NCBI RefSeq assembly: GCF_028368995.1
Contig: NZ_JAQNDL010000001.1
Coordinates: 832,001-896,000 of the forward strand
Length of the DNA stretch: 64,000 nucleotides
DNA from: Nannocystis bainbridge
Lineage (GTDB): Bacteria; Myxococcota_A; Polyangia; Nannocystales; Nannocystaceae
Direction of reading: 5' to 3'
This document shows, in pieces, positions 38,204-47,098 of the stretch. The notes below the pieces were generated by a model, which saw only the letters and a list, made by a program, of their open reading frames with translations, was not told the DNA's origin and did no database searches. Position numbers and translations under genes: made by a program. Numbering within the stretch: the stretch's first letter is position 1; each line of letters begins with the position of its first letter.

Positions 38204-39757
38204 TCAGCCGGGCAGCGGGTAGCACACGCCGCCGGGCTGGCAGGTGAGCGGCGGGCCGCAGTCCGCATTGGTCTCGCAGGGGACGCACTCGCCCTGTTTG
38301 CACTTCGGGGTCGGGTTGCCGCAGTCGTCGCCGTCGAAGCACGAGCCGCCCGGCGGTTCGCAGCCGTCGATGTCGAGGATGGCCTCGTCGTAGTGGATGG
38401 CGAAGGCGCCGACGAGGTTGATGCCGCCGACGAACAGGGAGCCCCAGATGCTAGCGAGCCCGCCCGCGTTGAACACCGCGTTGGGCTGGTAGAGGTTGCC
38501 GCCGAAGGTGAACAGGCTGACGAACGAGACCACGCCGCCGACGTACATGCGGAACGCCGCGGGGCGCTCGGTGTCGCCGAGAGTGGCGAGATCGGCGAAC
38601 GAAGCGTTGCCGGTGATGAACAGGTCGAGCTCGGCGTCGGGGCCGAGCTCGATGTCGAACAGGCCGATGCTGGTGAGGTCGCCCTTGACGGCGATGACGG
38701 TGCGGCCGGTCAGCTTGATCTTGAGCGCCAGCAGGTGCTCGATGTCATTGAAGTAGTAGACGCCGCAGGGCAGCTCGATCACCTTGGGGAGGATCACGTC
38801 GGCGAGCTCGTCGGCGTCGATGCCGGCGGCCTCGTTGTCGTTGTCCTGCGCGTAGCCGTCGACGATGCCGGCGATGTCGATCGGGTCGCTGCAGTCGCAC
38901 GGGGTATCGACCGAGACCGGGCCCTTGATGGTCTGGCCGAGCACGTTGGCGCCGGCGTTGACCTTGCCGACCGGCTGGTGCAGGTCGCCGTCGATCGTCA
39001 TCAGCGGGAGCAGGCCGCCGATGTTGCCCTCGACGAACGCATCGTCGTTGACGTGCGAGAGCACGGTGGCCGAGACGTCGCCGCCGCACTGCAAGATCTC
39101 GCCGACCTCGTGCACGGCCACGGTGCTGACCTTGCCGTCGACCCACAAGGTGCCGCCGATGTCGGCGAGCGCGACGGTCGTATAGTTGCCGTTGATACCG
39201 ACCGAGCCGCCGTGGAGCGGCTGGGGCATGTTGGCGTCGCTGTTGAACGCGTCGACTGTGAAGATGCCGGCGGTCGTGAAGTTCGTACAGGAGCACAGGG
39301 CGAACGTGAAAATGTTCTTGCCGAGGTCGCCGGAGCACTTGTCGCCGTCGCCGGGGAGCAGGATGCCGCCCTCGCCGGCGCAGAACTCGGGCTCGCCGGT
39401 GGTCGAATCACCGGTGTCCGTGTCGGCCTGGGTGGTGGTATCGCCGGTGGTGTCGACCGGGGTCGTGGTCACCGTCCCGGTGGTGGTGTCGGTGGTATCG
39501 CCGGTGTCGGTAGTGGTCGTGGCGGGGCCGGTGGTCGTGGTGGTATCGGTGGTGCCGTCCGACTCGCTGGCGCCGCCGGAGCCGGTGTCGGATATCGTCG
39601 ATGGGTTGCCGGTCGTCGGCGCCCCCTGGGTCGTGTCGCCGGGGCCGCCCGTCGTGTCCGGACCGGGCACTGTCGCCGATTCGCCGGCACCGCTGTCCCC
39701 GCACGCCATGAGCGTGGCCGCGAGACAGAACATACTCCAACCATTGCGTGCAACCAT
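38204..39757 (-). CDS. Lipoprotein with Thr-rich stalk, beta-solenoid-like domain and Cys-rich tail
   Basis: LMAC lipobox; periodic G..(V/I) beta repeats; terminal Cys-rich module. Confidence 0.8.
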   Translation of the reverse strand: MVARNGWSMFCLAATLMACGDSGAGESATVPGPDTTGGPGDTTQGAPTTGNPSTISDTGSGGASESDGTTDTTTTTGPATTTTDTGDTTDTTTGTVTTTPVDTTGDTTTQADTDTGDSTTGEPEFCAGEGGILLPGDGDKCSGDLGKNIFTFALCSCTNFTTAGIFTVDAFNSDANMPQPLHGGSVGINGNYTTVALADIGGTLWVDGKVSTVAVHEVGEILQCGGDVSATVLSHVNDDAFVEGNIGGLLPLMTIDGDLHQPVGKVNAGANVLGQTIKGPVSVDTPCDCSDPIDIAGIVDGYAQDNDNEAAGIDADELADVILPKVIELPCGVYYFNDIEHLLALKIKLTGRTVIAVKGDLTSIGLFDIELGPDAELDLFITGNASFADLATLGDTERPAAFRMYVGGVVSFVSLFTFGGNLYQPNAVFNAGGLASIWGSLFVGGINLVGAFAIHYDEAILDIDGCEPPGGSCFDGDDCGNPTPKCKQGECVPCETNADCGPPLTCQPGGVCYPLPG

Positions 39758-40107
39758 AGCGGCACCCTATCACGTCCGCGTCTTCCATAGAATAGCCCCT
39801 CCCGCGGATTAATTTGTCAGCAGTCACAACCGCACGAATGCCGGCAAGATCTTCGTTATGTCGTTCGGGCTTCGAGTCTACATAGCGGCGACCGAGGCTC
39901 GGTGTCTCACTTCGCGGTGAATGTGCCCGGGCCGCATTCGCGCGAGGATCGACCGGCGCTCGAATGCGTGGGTCGCGGCAACAGCGGGCTCATGCGCATT
40001 CTCAGGCCCGTCGCCGGGCTCGGCAGGACCGGCGAAGCGTCGCGCACGGTGGCCCGGATGCTCCAACCGCGGCGGACCCGTGCGAGGGGGCTCGCATCGC
40101 AGCAGCC

Positions 40108-40182
40108 TTGGATGTCGCACGGGACATGTATGATGCGACATGTCTCGATTCACGCTCGCTACATCGCCATGAGAGACATCGA
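40108..40182. repeat. 14-bp-period CATG array
   Basis: Cores at 40111, 40125, 40139 and 40162, 40176. Confidence 0.65.
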
Positions 40183-40323
40183 TGGGCCCGCCGCCCGCCC
40201 TCGTTGCTGCCGACGCGGGGCGATCCATCCCGTGGCCCACTCAAGCATCGTCTGTTCAGACGATCTTACGACCCCCTGAACCTCACAGCCGCGGTCCTCG
40301 CGGACGGGGCGAACGCGGCAATG

Positions 40324-41631
40324 TCACGGTCGCAGCGCCAGCACCTGCTCGAGCTCCATGTGCCGCAGCCGCGCCGCGCGCGGCAGCACCAGCTCGAGCG
40401 GCTCCTCGATCACCCGCCCGCGCCGCGACGATGCGTGGAGCAGCGTGCGCGTCCCCGGTCGTGGCCCGCGGAGCACCACGCCCACGTGGCACGGCGATTC
40501 GCCGGCCCCCCACAGGAACAGCAGATCGCCGGGCTCGCCGAGCGCCCGCGCCGGCGCTGCCGCCAGCGCCAGCTGATCGCTCGAGTGCCGCGGCAGCACC
40601 ACGCCCAGCGCCGCCCGCACCGCCCGCTGCACCAGCCCCGAGCAGTCGATCCCGAGCGACGTGGTCCCGCCCAGCCGATACGGCGTCCCACGGAAGCCCC
40701 GCAGCGCGCGCGTCAACGCGGCCGCCCCAGCGCGCGCCGGTGCGACTGCCAGTGCCGGGGAGGCCACCGGCAGCCCGAGCCGCTTCCGCGTCCAGCCGAT
40801 CGTCCCGTCGCTCGCGCGCACGAGCAACCAACCGCCCACCGCCGCGAGCACCCCGACCGGCCCGTCGCCCGGCAGCAGCTCGGTGCAGAGCTCGATGTCC
40901 TCACGGACATGTCCCTCGGGACACCATGACTCGTGACCGCGCCGCCCCGCTGCGTCCGTCCATTCGCGAGCAGCCGCGGCTCCGCGCCGATCGGGCTCCG
41001 CCCCGGACCACGGCCGCTGAACCTCGAGCAGCCCCTCGGGCGTGAGACCGACCGCCGACCCAATCAAGTCCCTCGCGTCATGATCCGGCGAGCCCCGCCT
41101 CTTCTTCAAGGGAGCAGGCCCAGGGGCGCTCTCTTCGCGCCACGTGCTCGATCGCAGATCTCGAACGACATGTCCCGAAGCGCATGTCTCTCGAGACATG
41201 CAAAACCCCACTCCGACCGGCGCCCGCCACAGCCGCGTCACCCCCGGAGGCAGCGCGAGCCACTCCCGCGGCGCCGCGATCTGCGTCCCCCTCGCATCGA
41301 CGGCCCACCGCGCAGGCAACACCGCGCGCAGCTCGTCCAGCGTCGCCGCCAGCGCCTTCTGACTCAGCGCCTCGCCTTCGACCACCAGCGTCCGCCGCCG
41401 CGCTTCGAACGCGCAGCGCAACCCTGGCCCGGCCCAGCCGAACCGCCGCACCAACCCTCGCCGCCGCTCGGCCAGCGCCCCTGCGATCCGGGCCTCGAGC
41501 ATCGCAAGCGACGCCGACCCCTCGCTCCCGGTGAGTCGCCCCGCCTGCACGACGACCTCCCACGACTCTCGCCCGGCCCACGCCCCGTCCACCGCGGCCG
41601 CCCCCTCGCCGCGCGCCTCAGGCCCCGTCAC
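40324..41631 (-). CDS. NlpC/P60 (C40) peptidase with SH3-like segment and N-terminal extension
   Basis: GTPYRLGG, GIDCSGLV, PGDLLF, HVGV, LLHAS; ELLPGD...GWLLVRASDGTIGW. Confidence 0.78.
   Translation of the reverse strand: MTGPEARGEGAAAVDGAWAGRESWEVVVQAGRLTGSEGSASLAMLEARIAGALAERRRGLVRRFGWAGPGLRCAFEARRRTLVVEGEALSQKALAATLDELRAVLPARWAVDARGTQIAAPREWLALPPGVTRLWRAPVGVGFCMSRETCASGHVVRDLRSSTWREESAPGPAPLKKRRGSPDHDARDLIGSAVGLTPEGLLEVQRPWSGAEPDRRGAAAAREWTDAAGRRGHESWCPEGHVREDIELCTELLPGDGPVGVLAAVGGWLLVRASDGTIGWTRKRLGLPVASPALAVAPARAGAAALTRALRGFRGTPYRLGGTTSLGIDCSGLVQRAVRAALGVVLPRHSSDQLALAAAPARALGEPGDLLFLWGAGESPCHVGVVLRGPRPGTRTLLHASSRRGRVIEEPLELVLPRAARLRHMELEQVLALRP
41166..41203. repeat. 14-bp-period CATG array inside NlpC/P60 CDS
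   Basis: CATG at 41169, 41183, 41197; a second block at 40894/40908. Confidence 0.8.
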
Positions 41632-42859
41632 CGTCGACCTCCAGCCCGAGCAGCCGCTGCACCGTCGCGCGGTCCGAGAACGGCGCTGTATCGTCGCCGA
41701 TCGTCTGTCCCGACTCGTGACCCTTGCCGGCGATCACCACCACGTCACCGGGCGCTGCCAGCTCGATCGCCAGCCCGATCGCCCGCAGGCGATCGGCCTC
41801 CTCGACGATCCGCGCCCGACCGCCGCGCTCCAGCCCCGCTCGCAGGTGCGCCGCGATCTGCCGCGGATCTTCGTGGCGCGGATTGTCGGTCGTCAGCACC
41901 GCGATGTCGGCCGCGGTGCCGACCGCCTCGCCCATCGGCTCGCGCTTGCCGGCGTCGGTGTCACCGCCGGCGCCGAACACCACGATCACCCGCTCCGCGC
42001 CCGCCAGCGCTCGCGCCGTCGCGCACGTCCGTGCCAGCGCGTCGGGCGTGTGCGCGTAGTCCACCACCACCACCGGCGCGCGGCTCATCACCTCGAAGCG
42101 GCCCGGCACCACCGGACACGACGCCAGCCCGGCGCGCACCGCCGCCGCCGGCAACCCGGCCGCCAGCGCCGCGGCCGCGGCCGCCAGCGCGTTCTCGGCG
42201 AACACCTCGCCGACGTACGCCACCTGCAGCGCCCCGCCGAGCGCCTCCGCCAGAGGCGACGGCGCCAGCGTCAGCGCGGTCCCTTCGGCGGATGTCCTCA
42301 CGGACATGGCCTCCAGGTCATGCTCTTTGAGACATGCCCCTCGGGACATGACCCCATACCACACCCGACGCACGTCGGCCGGCGTGACCTGGTCGAGCAG
42401 CAGCGCCGCCGGGTCGCGGGCGTTGAGGATCGCCGCCCCGCCCGGCGAGGTGTGGACGAACAGCTGGGCCTTGCTGGCCAGGTAGTGCTCCCACGAGCCG
42501 TGGCTCTTGAAGTGGTCAGGCGACAGGTTGGTGAACACCGCGTGATCGAACCGCCAGCGCCTGGCGTAGCCGCGGGCCAGCGACTGGCTGGTGATCTCGA
42601 CCACCGCGTGGCGGGCCCCGGCGGCGCGCGACTGCTCGGCCGCGGCGAGGAACCCCGGCCAGCTGCGCTCGACCGCCAGCGGCGTCCCGTCGAGCGAGTA
42701 GTCGAGGGTCGTCGCCGCGAACACGCGCTCGCCAGCCGCGCGCACGATCGCGGCCAGCATCGTCGTCGTCGAGGTCTTGCCGTTCGTGCCGGTCACGCCG
42801 AACGTGCGCATGTCCTCGGCCCAGGGGGCAGCTGCCGGCACCGGCCTCGGATCGCTCAC
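41618..42859 (-). CDS. Mur ligase family protein (MurE-like, lacking N-terminal domain)
   Basis: GVTGTNGKTST, FTNLSPDH, PGRFE, DYAHTPDAL, DNPR, AGKGHE. Confidence 0.88.
   Translation of the reverse strand: MSDPRPVPAAAPWAEDMRTFGVTGTNGKTSTTTMLAAIVRAAGERVFAATTLDYSLDGTPLAVERSWPGFLAAAEQSRAAGARHAVVEITSQSLARGYARRWRFDHAVFTNLSPDHFKSHGSWEHYLASKAQLFVHTSPGGAAILNARDPAALLLDQVTPADVRRVWYGVMSRGACLKEHDLEAMSVRTSAEGTALTLAPSPLAEALGGALQVAYVGEVFAENALAAAAAALAAGLPAAAVRAGLASCPVVPGRFEVMSRAPVVVVDYAHTPDALARTCATARALAGAERVIVVFGAGGDTDAGKREPMGEAVGTAADIAVLTTDNPRHEDPRQIAAHLRAGLERGGRARIVEEADRLRAIGLAIELAAPGDVVVIAGKGHESGQTIGDDTAPFSDRATVQRLLGLEVDGDGA
42288..42353. repeat. 14-bp-period CATG array inside Mur ligase CDS (5 units)
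   Basis: Cores at 42291 (GATG), 42305, 42319, 42333, 42347. Confidence 0.88.
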
Positions 42860-42938
42860 GGGCCGGAGCTTCGCACAGGTCGGCGCGCGGTCGGGCGCGG
42901 CGAACGACCGGCCTTGCTCGATCCCCGCAGGCGGGCGC

Positions 42939-43066
42939 GTCGCCGTTCGAGCCAGGCGCTGCGCCCGTGGCTGCTGCCAGCGAGCCCGCAGGGGGTCGCC
43001 GTTCGTGCCAGGCGCTGCGCCCGTGGCTGCTGCCAGCGAGCTCGCAGGGGGTCGCCGTTCGTGCCA
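42939..43066. repeat. 56-bp tandem repeat (about 2.3 copies)
   Basis: GTCGCCGTTCG recurs at 42939, 42995, 43051 with near-identical intervening sequence. Confidence 0.9.
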
Positions 43067-43171
43067 GCGCCGCCTCGTCGTTGTCGTGACCGGCCCGCGC
43101 TCACCCAGCGACCCGCCGGCGCCAGTTCATTTTGCTCGAGCGCGGCCTGCCGCACGCTGACGCGTCGAGCT

Positions 43172-44098
43172 TCAGCCCGCGCCGGTGCTCTCGGCCCACT
43201 GGCGCAGCAGCGCCAGGCTGACCCCAGCTCCGCCGCACACGATCACCAGCACCGGCCCGCGGCCGACGATCGGCGGCGCGCGATCGTAGATGACCGAAAG
43301 GCCAGCTCCGCACGCCGGCTCGACCAGCACCCGGTGATCGTCGAGGAAGCGCAGGCACGCCTGCACCGCGGCGCGATCGCTGACCGTCCACGGCACGATC
43401 TCGTGGCGGCGCGACCACGCCACCGCCTCGGCCGCGACCGCGCGGGCGCCGAGCGTCGTCGCCAGGGAGGTGATCGCCGGGAGCATCACCGGCGCGCCCG
43501 CGGCCAGCGCCGCGCCGTACGAAGCCGCCCCCTCCGTCTCGACCGCCAGCACCGGTACATCGGTCCAGCCGACCGCGTGCATCCCTTGCAGCACGCCGCA
43601 CAGCAGGCCCGCTCCGCCGACCGCGACCACCACCGCGCCCGGGCGCTCCGCCTGCGCAGCGGCCTCGACCACGATCTCCGCGTGACCGGTCCAGATCTCC
43701 GGATCGTCGAACGGATGGATGTAGGTCGCGTCCTCCGGCAGCTCCGCGAGCGCCGCTTGATGGGCCGCGAGCCAGTCGTCGCCGCGCACCACCACCTCGG
43801 CGCCCTCCGCCAGCAGCAGCTCGTGCGAGCGCGCGCTGGTCGTCGTTGGCACCACGACCCGCACCGCCGCGCCCAGTCGACGGCCGGCGTAGGCCACCGC
43901 CAGCCCCGCGTTCCCGCCGGACGCGCACACCAGCCGCCGCGCCCCGGCTGCCACCCGGATCGCGCACAGCCGACCGAGCCCGCGCAGCTTGAACGACCCG
44001 CTCGGCTGCAGCGCCTCCATCTTCAACAGCACCGCGTCGCCGAGCGTCGCGCCGAGCGGCACGGAGCGCAGTAGAGGAGTGACCTGCGCCAGCGACAT
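43172..44098 (-). CDS. PLP-dependent L-serine/threonine dehydratase (fold type II, catalytic domain only)
   Basis: LKMEALQPSGSFKLRG, SGGNAG, HPFD, VGGAGL, VEPACG, VCGG. Confidence 0.9.
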   Translation of the reverse strand: MSLAQVTPLLRSVPLGATLGDAVLLKMEALQPSGSFKLRGLGRLCAIRVAAGARRLVCASGGNAGLAVAYAGRRLGAAVRVVVPTTTSARSHELLLAEGAEVVVRGDDWLAAHQAALAELPEDATYIHPFDDPEIWTGHAEIVVEAAAQAERPGAVVVAVGGAGLLCGVLQGMHAVGWTDVPVLAVETEGAASYGAALAAGAPVMLPAITSLATTLGARAVAAEAVAWSRRHEIVPWTVSDRAAVQACLRFLDDHRVLVEPACGAGLSVIYDRAPPIVGRGPVLVIVCGGAGVSLALLRQWAESTGAG

Positions 44099-44940
44099 GC
44101 GACCGCCATACACCCGCGCGCGCACACCGGGCAAGTTGCAGCGCTCTCAGCCGCGACCGCCGCCGCGGCCCGTGAGCCTCACCGACTCCGCACTGCCGTC
44201 ATCTCCTCCTGTCACAGCGCCACCGCGAAGCGCCGAGGTGATCGCGGCCACCGAGCTCGGGCAGATCCCGCTGCTGGCCGCGCGCCACTCCAGCGCCGGT
44301 TCGGGAGCTTTCACGCCTCGATGGCGGGCCGCTCTCGATCGCCCGCCTGAACCCGCGCTCGGCCGGCTCGTCCCCGCGCGCTGCGCTCGACCAACTCACG
44401 GCCGACCCGTCGACCTTGCGCGACGGATGACATTTGCGACGGGCTTCCGCCCGCGACGAGCGACCGCCACGCAGACCGCGACCCCGGCTCTCGGCTCCGC
44501 CGACTGGAGCGGCGAAAGGGGATCCCCGTCGGAGCGGCCCGACCGGCGGCGTGCGAGTGTGACAGGCGAGCGTCGCAAATCGCATCGCCGGCCACTGGAC
44601 GCCTCGCCCGACGCTGCCTCGCCGGCTGTCATTCCAATCGTTTGCGACCGGACCGGCGCGTGCAGGTGATGCGTAGCCAATGACCATCCCCACCCATGGC
44701 GCCGAACTCGCGCTGTCGATCGTCGACCCCAGGCTCGAGTTCGAACGACGTTTCCCGCAGCACAGCGGGCCGGTAGGCCGCCTCTCGCGCAGTCCACGGC
44801 GCGCCGGGGCGCGTCCGATCGCGGACGGGGAATTGTCGCGCCGGGCGACCGACGCGGGTCGGAATATTTGACTTTTCCGACTGGTCGGCACGTGGAGCAT
44901 CTGCCAATCTAGAAGCCATCCCGTTCGAGGTAGCCACGTC

Positions 44941-45960
44941 ATGTTGCGGTCTCGTCTGCTCGTCTCCGTCGCCACTCCCCTTTTCGCCGCGTCGCTGTTG
45001 ATGCCGTCGGTCGCCGTCGCGTCGCCCTACGCGCGCAGCGTGCCGCTCCTCGGCCTGCAGGACCCCGGCGGCGAGTCCCTCGCTCAGCCCATCCCCGGGC
45101 AAACGCCGGTCGCCCCGGTGAACACCCAAGTCCAGGCCCCGGGCGCGCAGACCCAGGCCACGCCGCCGGGCAGCGTCGCCGGGCCGCAGAGCCAGAGCCA
45201 GACCCTCGCTGCGCCGGGTGCTGCTCCGCTCGTCGTGCCGCCCGGCAGCACGATCATGCAGCCGCAGATCCAGGTGCTCGTGCAGCCGCAGATCCAGGTC
45301 CAGGCCCAGCCGCAGGGCAACGCCTCGCCGACCAGCAGCGCCGACATCGCGACCAACACCAACTCGAACAGCAGCTCGAACACGACGCCGACGGTCACCA
45401 CCTCCACCCGCACCACGCAGCCGCCGGTGTACGTGGCCCCGCCGCAGCAGCGCTACCCGCAGACGCGCTACGCCCCGCCTCCGCCCCCGCCGCGGATCGT
45501 CACCCGCGTGGTCTCGCGGCCGTCGCACGCCGCTCCGCCGCCGGTGCTCAAGCGCCCGCCCCCGCCGCGCAAGGGCCTGATGGTCACCGGTTGGGTGCTG
45601 TTCGGCGTCTCGTACCTCATCACCGCCAGCAACGCGGCCGACCTCTACGACCGCTGCCCCGGCATGAACAAGCCCGGCCGCTGTCGTGACCTGGCCGAGA
45701 ACATGTTCATCCCGGTCGTCGGCCCGTTCCTGGCGATGGAGCAGGCCAAGTACGCCACCGACGACTTCTCGCTGGCCGTGTCCGGCTCGTTGCAGGGCCT
45801 CGGCCTCATCATGGGCATCGTCGGCACCGTGCAGTACCACCGCGACAAGTACCGCAACCGCGTGCTCAACGAGTACGGCGTCCGCGTGGCCAAGAACACC
45901 AACGTCAACGCCGGCGGCCGCCTCGGCGGCGGCCAGCTGACCCTCACCGCCCGCTTCTGA
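44941..45960 (+). CDS. Secreted Pro/Gln-rich hypothetical protein with C-terminal hydrophobic segments
   Basis: Signal peptide, P/Q/T-rich linker, GLMVTGWVLFGVSY and IPVVGPF motifs, terminal Phe. Confidence 0.72.
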   Translation: MLRSRLLVSVATPLFAASLLMPSVAVASPYARSVPLLGLQDPGGESLAQPIPGQTPVAPVNTQVQAPGAQTQATPPGSVAGPQSQSQTLAAPGAAPLVVPPGSTIMQPQIQVLVQPQIQVQAQPQGNASPTSSADIATNTNSNSSSNTTPTVTTSTRTTQPPVYVAPPQQRYPQTRYAPPPPPPRIVTRVVSRPSHAAPPPVLKRPPPPRKGLMVTGWVLFGVSYLITASNAADLYDRCPGMNKPGRCRDLAENMFIPVVGPFLAMEQAKYATDDFSLAVSGSLQGLGLIMGIVGTVQYHRDKYRNRVLNEYGVRVAKNTNVNAGGRLGGGQLTLTARF

Positions 45961-46138
45961 CGGGCCGGCCCCCCCGGGCCGCAGCAGAGCGCGACGAGCC
46001 ATCGTCGCGCTCTTCGCATTTAACCGGCCCGCCGAGGCGCCGACAGACCCCCTCGCGGGTGCATTCGAGGTCCCCGGCAGAGCGGCAGACCCGGCCGTCC
46101 TCGTCCGGCTCGCCCACCGCCGCAGGAGCGCCGGCAGA

Positions 46139-46218
46139 CAGCATGTCTCTCGGCACATGCCCTCAACAACATGTCCTCGCAGACATGCCCCTGAAGGCAT
46201 GTCCCGGCGACCATGCGA
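46139..46218. repeat. 14-bp-period CATG array (6 units)
   Basis: CATG at 46142, 46156, 46170, 46184, 46198, 46212. Confidence 0.95.
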
Positions 46219-46224
46219 CCACGC

Positions 46225-46974
46225 TCACTCGCGGAACGCGACCGCCACCAGCGACGAGCCGATCGGCAGGTCGACGCGACGCAGCAGCCGGCGCTCGGCC
46301 TCCATCACCGCCAGCAGCGCCTGGTTGATCGGCGCGGCCGGGACCTTCACGTCGTACTCGGGCCTGGCCTTGAGACCGCGCAGGCGGCTCGCCACGCGCT
46401 GGGCGAACACGAGCGGGAACAGCAGGCAGGTGTGGTACGAGAGCCGCTCCAGACGGAAGCCCGCGCGCTCCAGCACCGGCCGCAGCGTCGCCTTGGTGTA
46501 GCGGCGGCGGTGGTGCACCGCCACGTCGTGGTCGCTCCACAGCATCGGCAGCGCCGGCACCGTCACCACCAGGAGCCCCCCGGGGCGGACCAGGCGGGCC
46601 ACCGCGGCCATGGCCGGCTCCTCGTCGTCGATGTGCTCGAGCACGTCGAACAGCGTCACCACGTCGAACTGGCCCTCGACCGGCAGGTCGTCGGGCAGGC
46701 TGCCCGGGCGCACGTCGAGGCCGAGCTCGCGGGCCGCGAACTCGGCGGTCGGCAGGTCGGGCTCGATCACTGTCACCTCGCCGAAGCGCGTCATCTCCTG
46801 CGACACCAGCGAGCACGCGCCGCCGACGTCGAGCAGCCGCAGCGGCCCGTCCGGGGCCCAGCGCGCCAGCACGTCGAGGATCACGCCGCGCCGGCCGATC
46901 CGCCAGAAGTGGCGCTTCTCGAGCTCGAACAGCTTGTCGTAGGCGCTGCGATCCAAGGCGAATCTACGTAGCAA
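46225..46974 (-). CDS. Class I SAM-dependent methyltransferase
   Basis: LLDVGG, FDVLEHI, VTVPA...WS.HD...HHRRRY; exact start uncertain. Confidence 0.85.
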   Translation of the reverse strand: MLRRFALDRSAYDKLFELEKRHFWRIGRRGVILDVLARWAPDGPLRLLDVGGACSLVSQEMTRFGEVTVIEPDLPTAEFAARELGLDVRPGSLPDDLPVEGQFDVVTLFDVLEHIDDEEPAMAAVARLVRPGGLLVVTVPALPMLWSDHDVAVHHRRRYTKATLRPVLERAGFRLERLSYHTCLLFPLVFAQRVASRLRGLKARPEYDVKVPAAPINQALLAVMEAERRLLRRVDLPIGSSLVAVAFRE

Positions 46975-47046
46975 CCAGCCCCGCGCTTGTAAAGCGCGCG
47001 CCGCCCGCTCGACGAATCTGCCACCGGAGCGTCACCGAAACGACGA

Positions 47047-47077
47047 CGGGCCGATCGGCGCTGCGCCGACCGGCCCG
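47047..47077 (-). terminator. GC-rich hairpin downstream of FG-GAP gene
   Basis: CGGGCCGATCGGCGC-T-GCGCCGACCGGCCCG near-perfect inverted repeat about 20 nt after the stop. Confidence 0.5.
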
Positions 47078-47098
47078 CTCGGGCTCACGCGAGGACGA

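Noticed and set aside
39760-40320. Possible small ORFs upstream of the 39757 lipoprotein
   Set aside because: No protein-like composition; probably promoter sequence plus a CATG array.
44100-44940. Possible ORFs or ncRNA in the long divergent intergenic region
   Set aside because: Candidate ORFs lack motifs and typical composition; no recognisable RNA family by eye.
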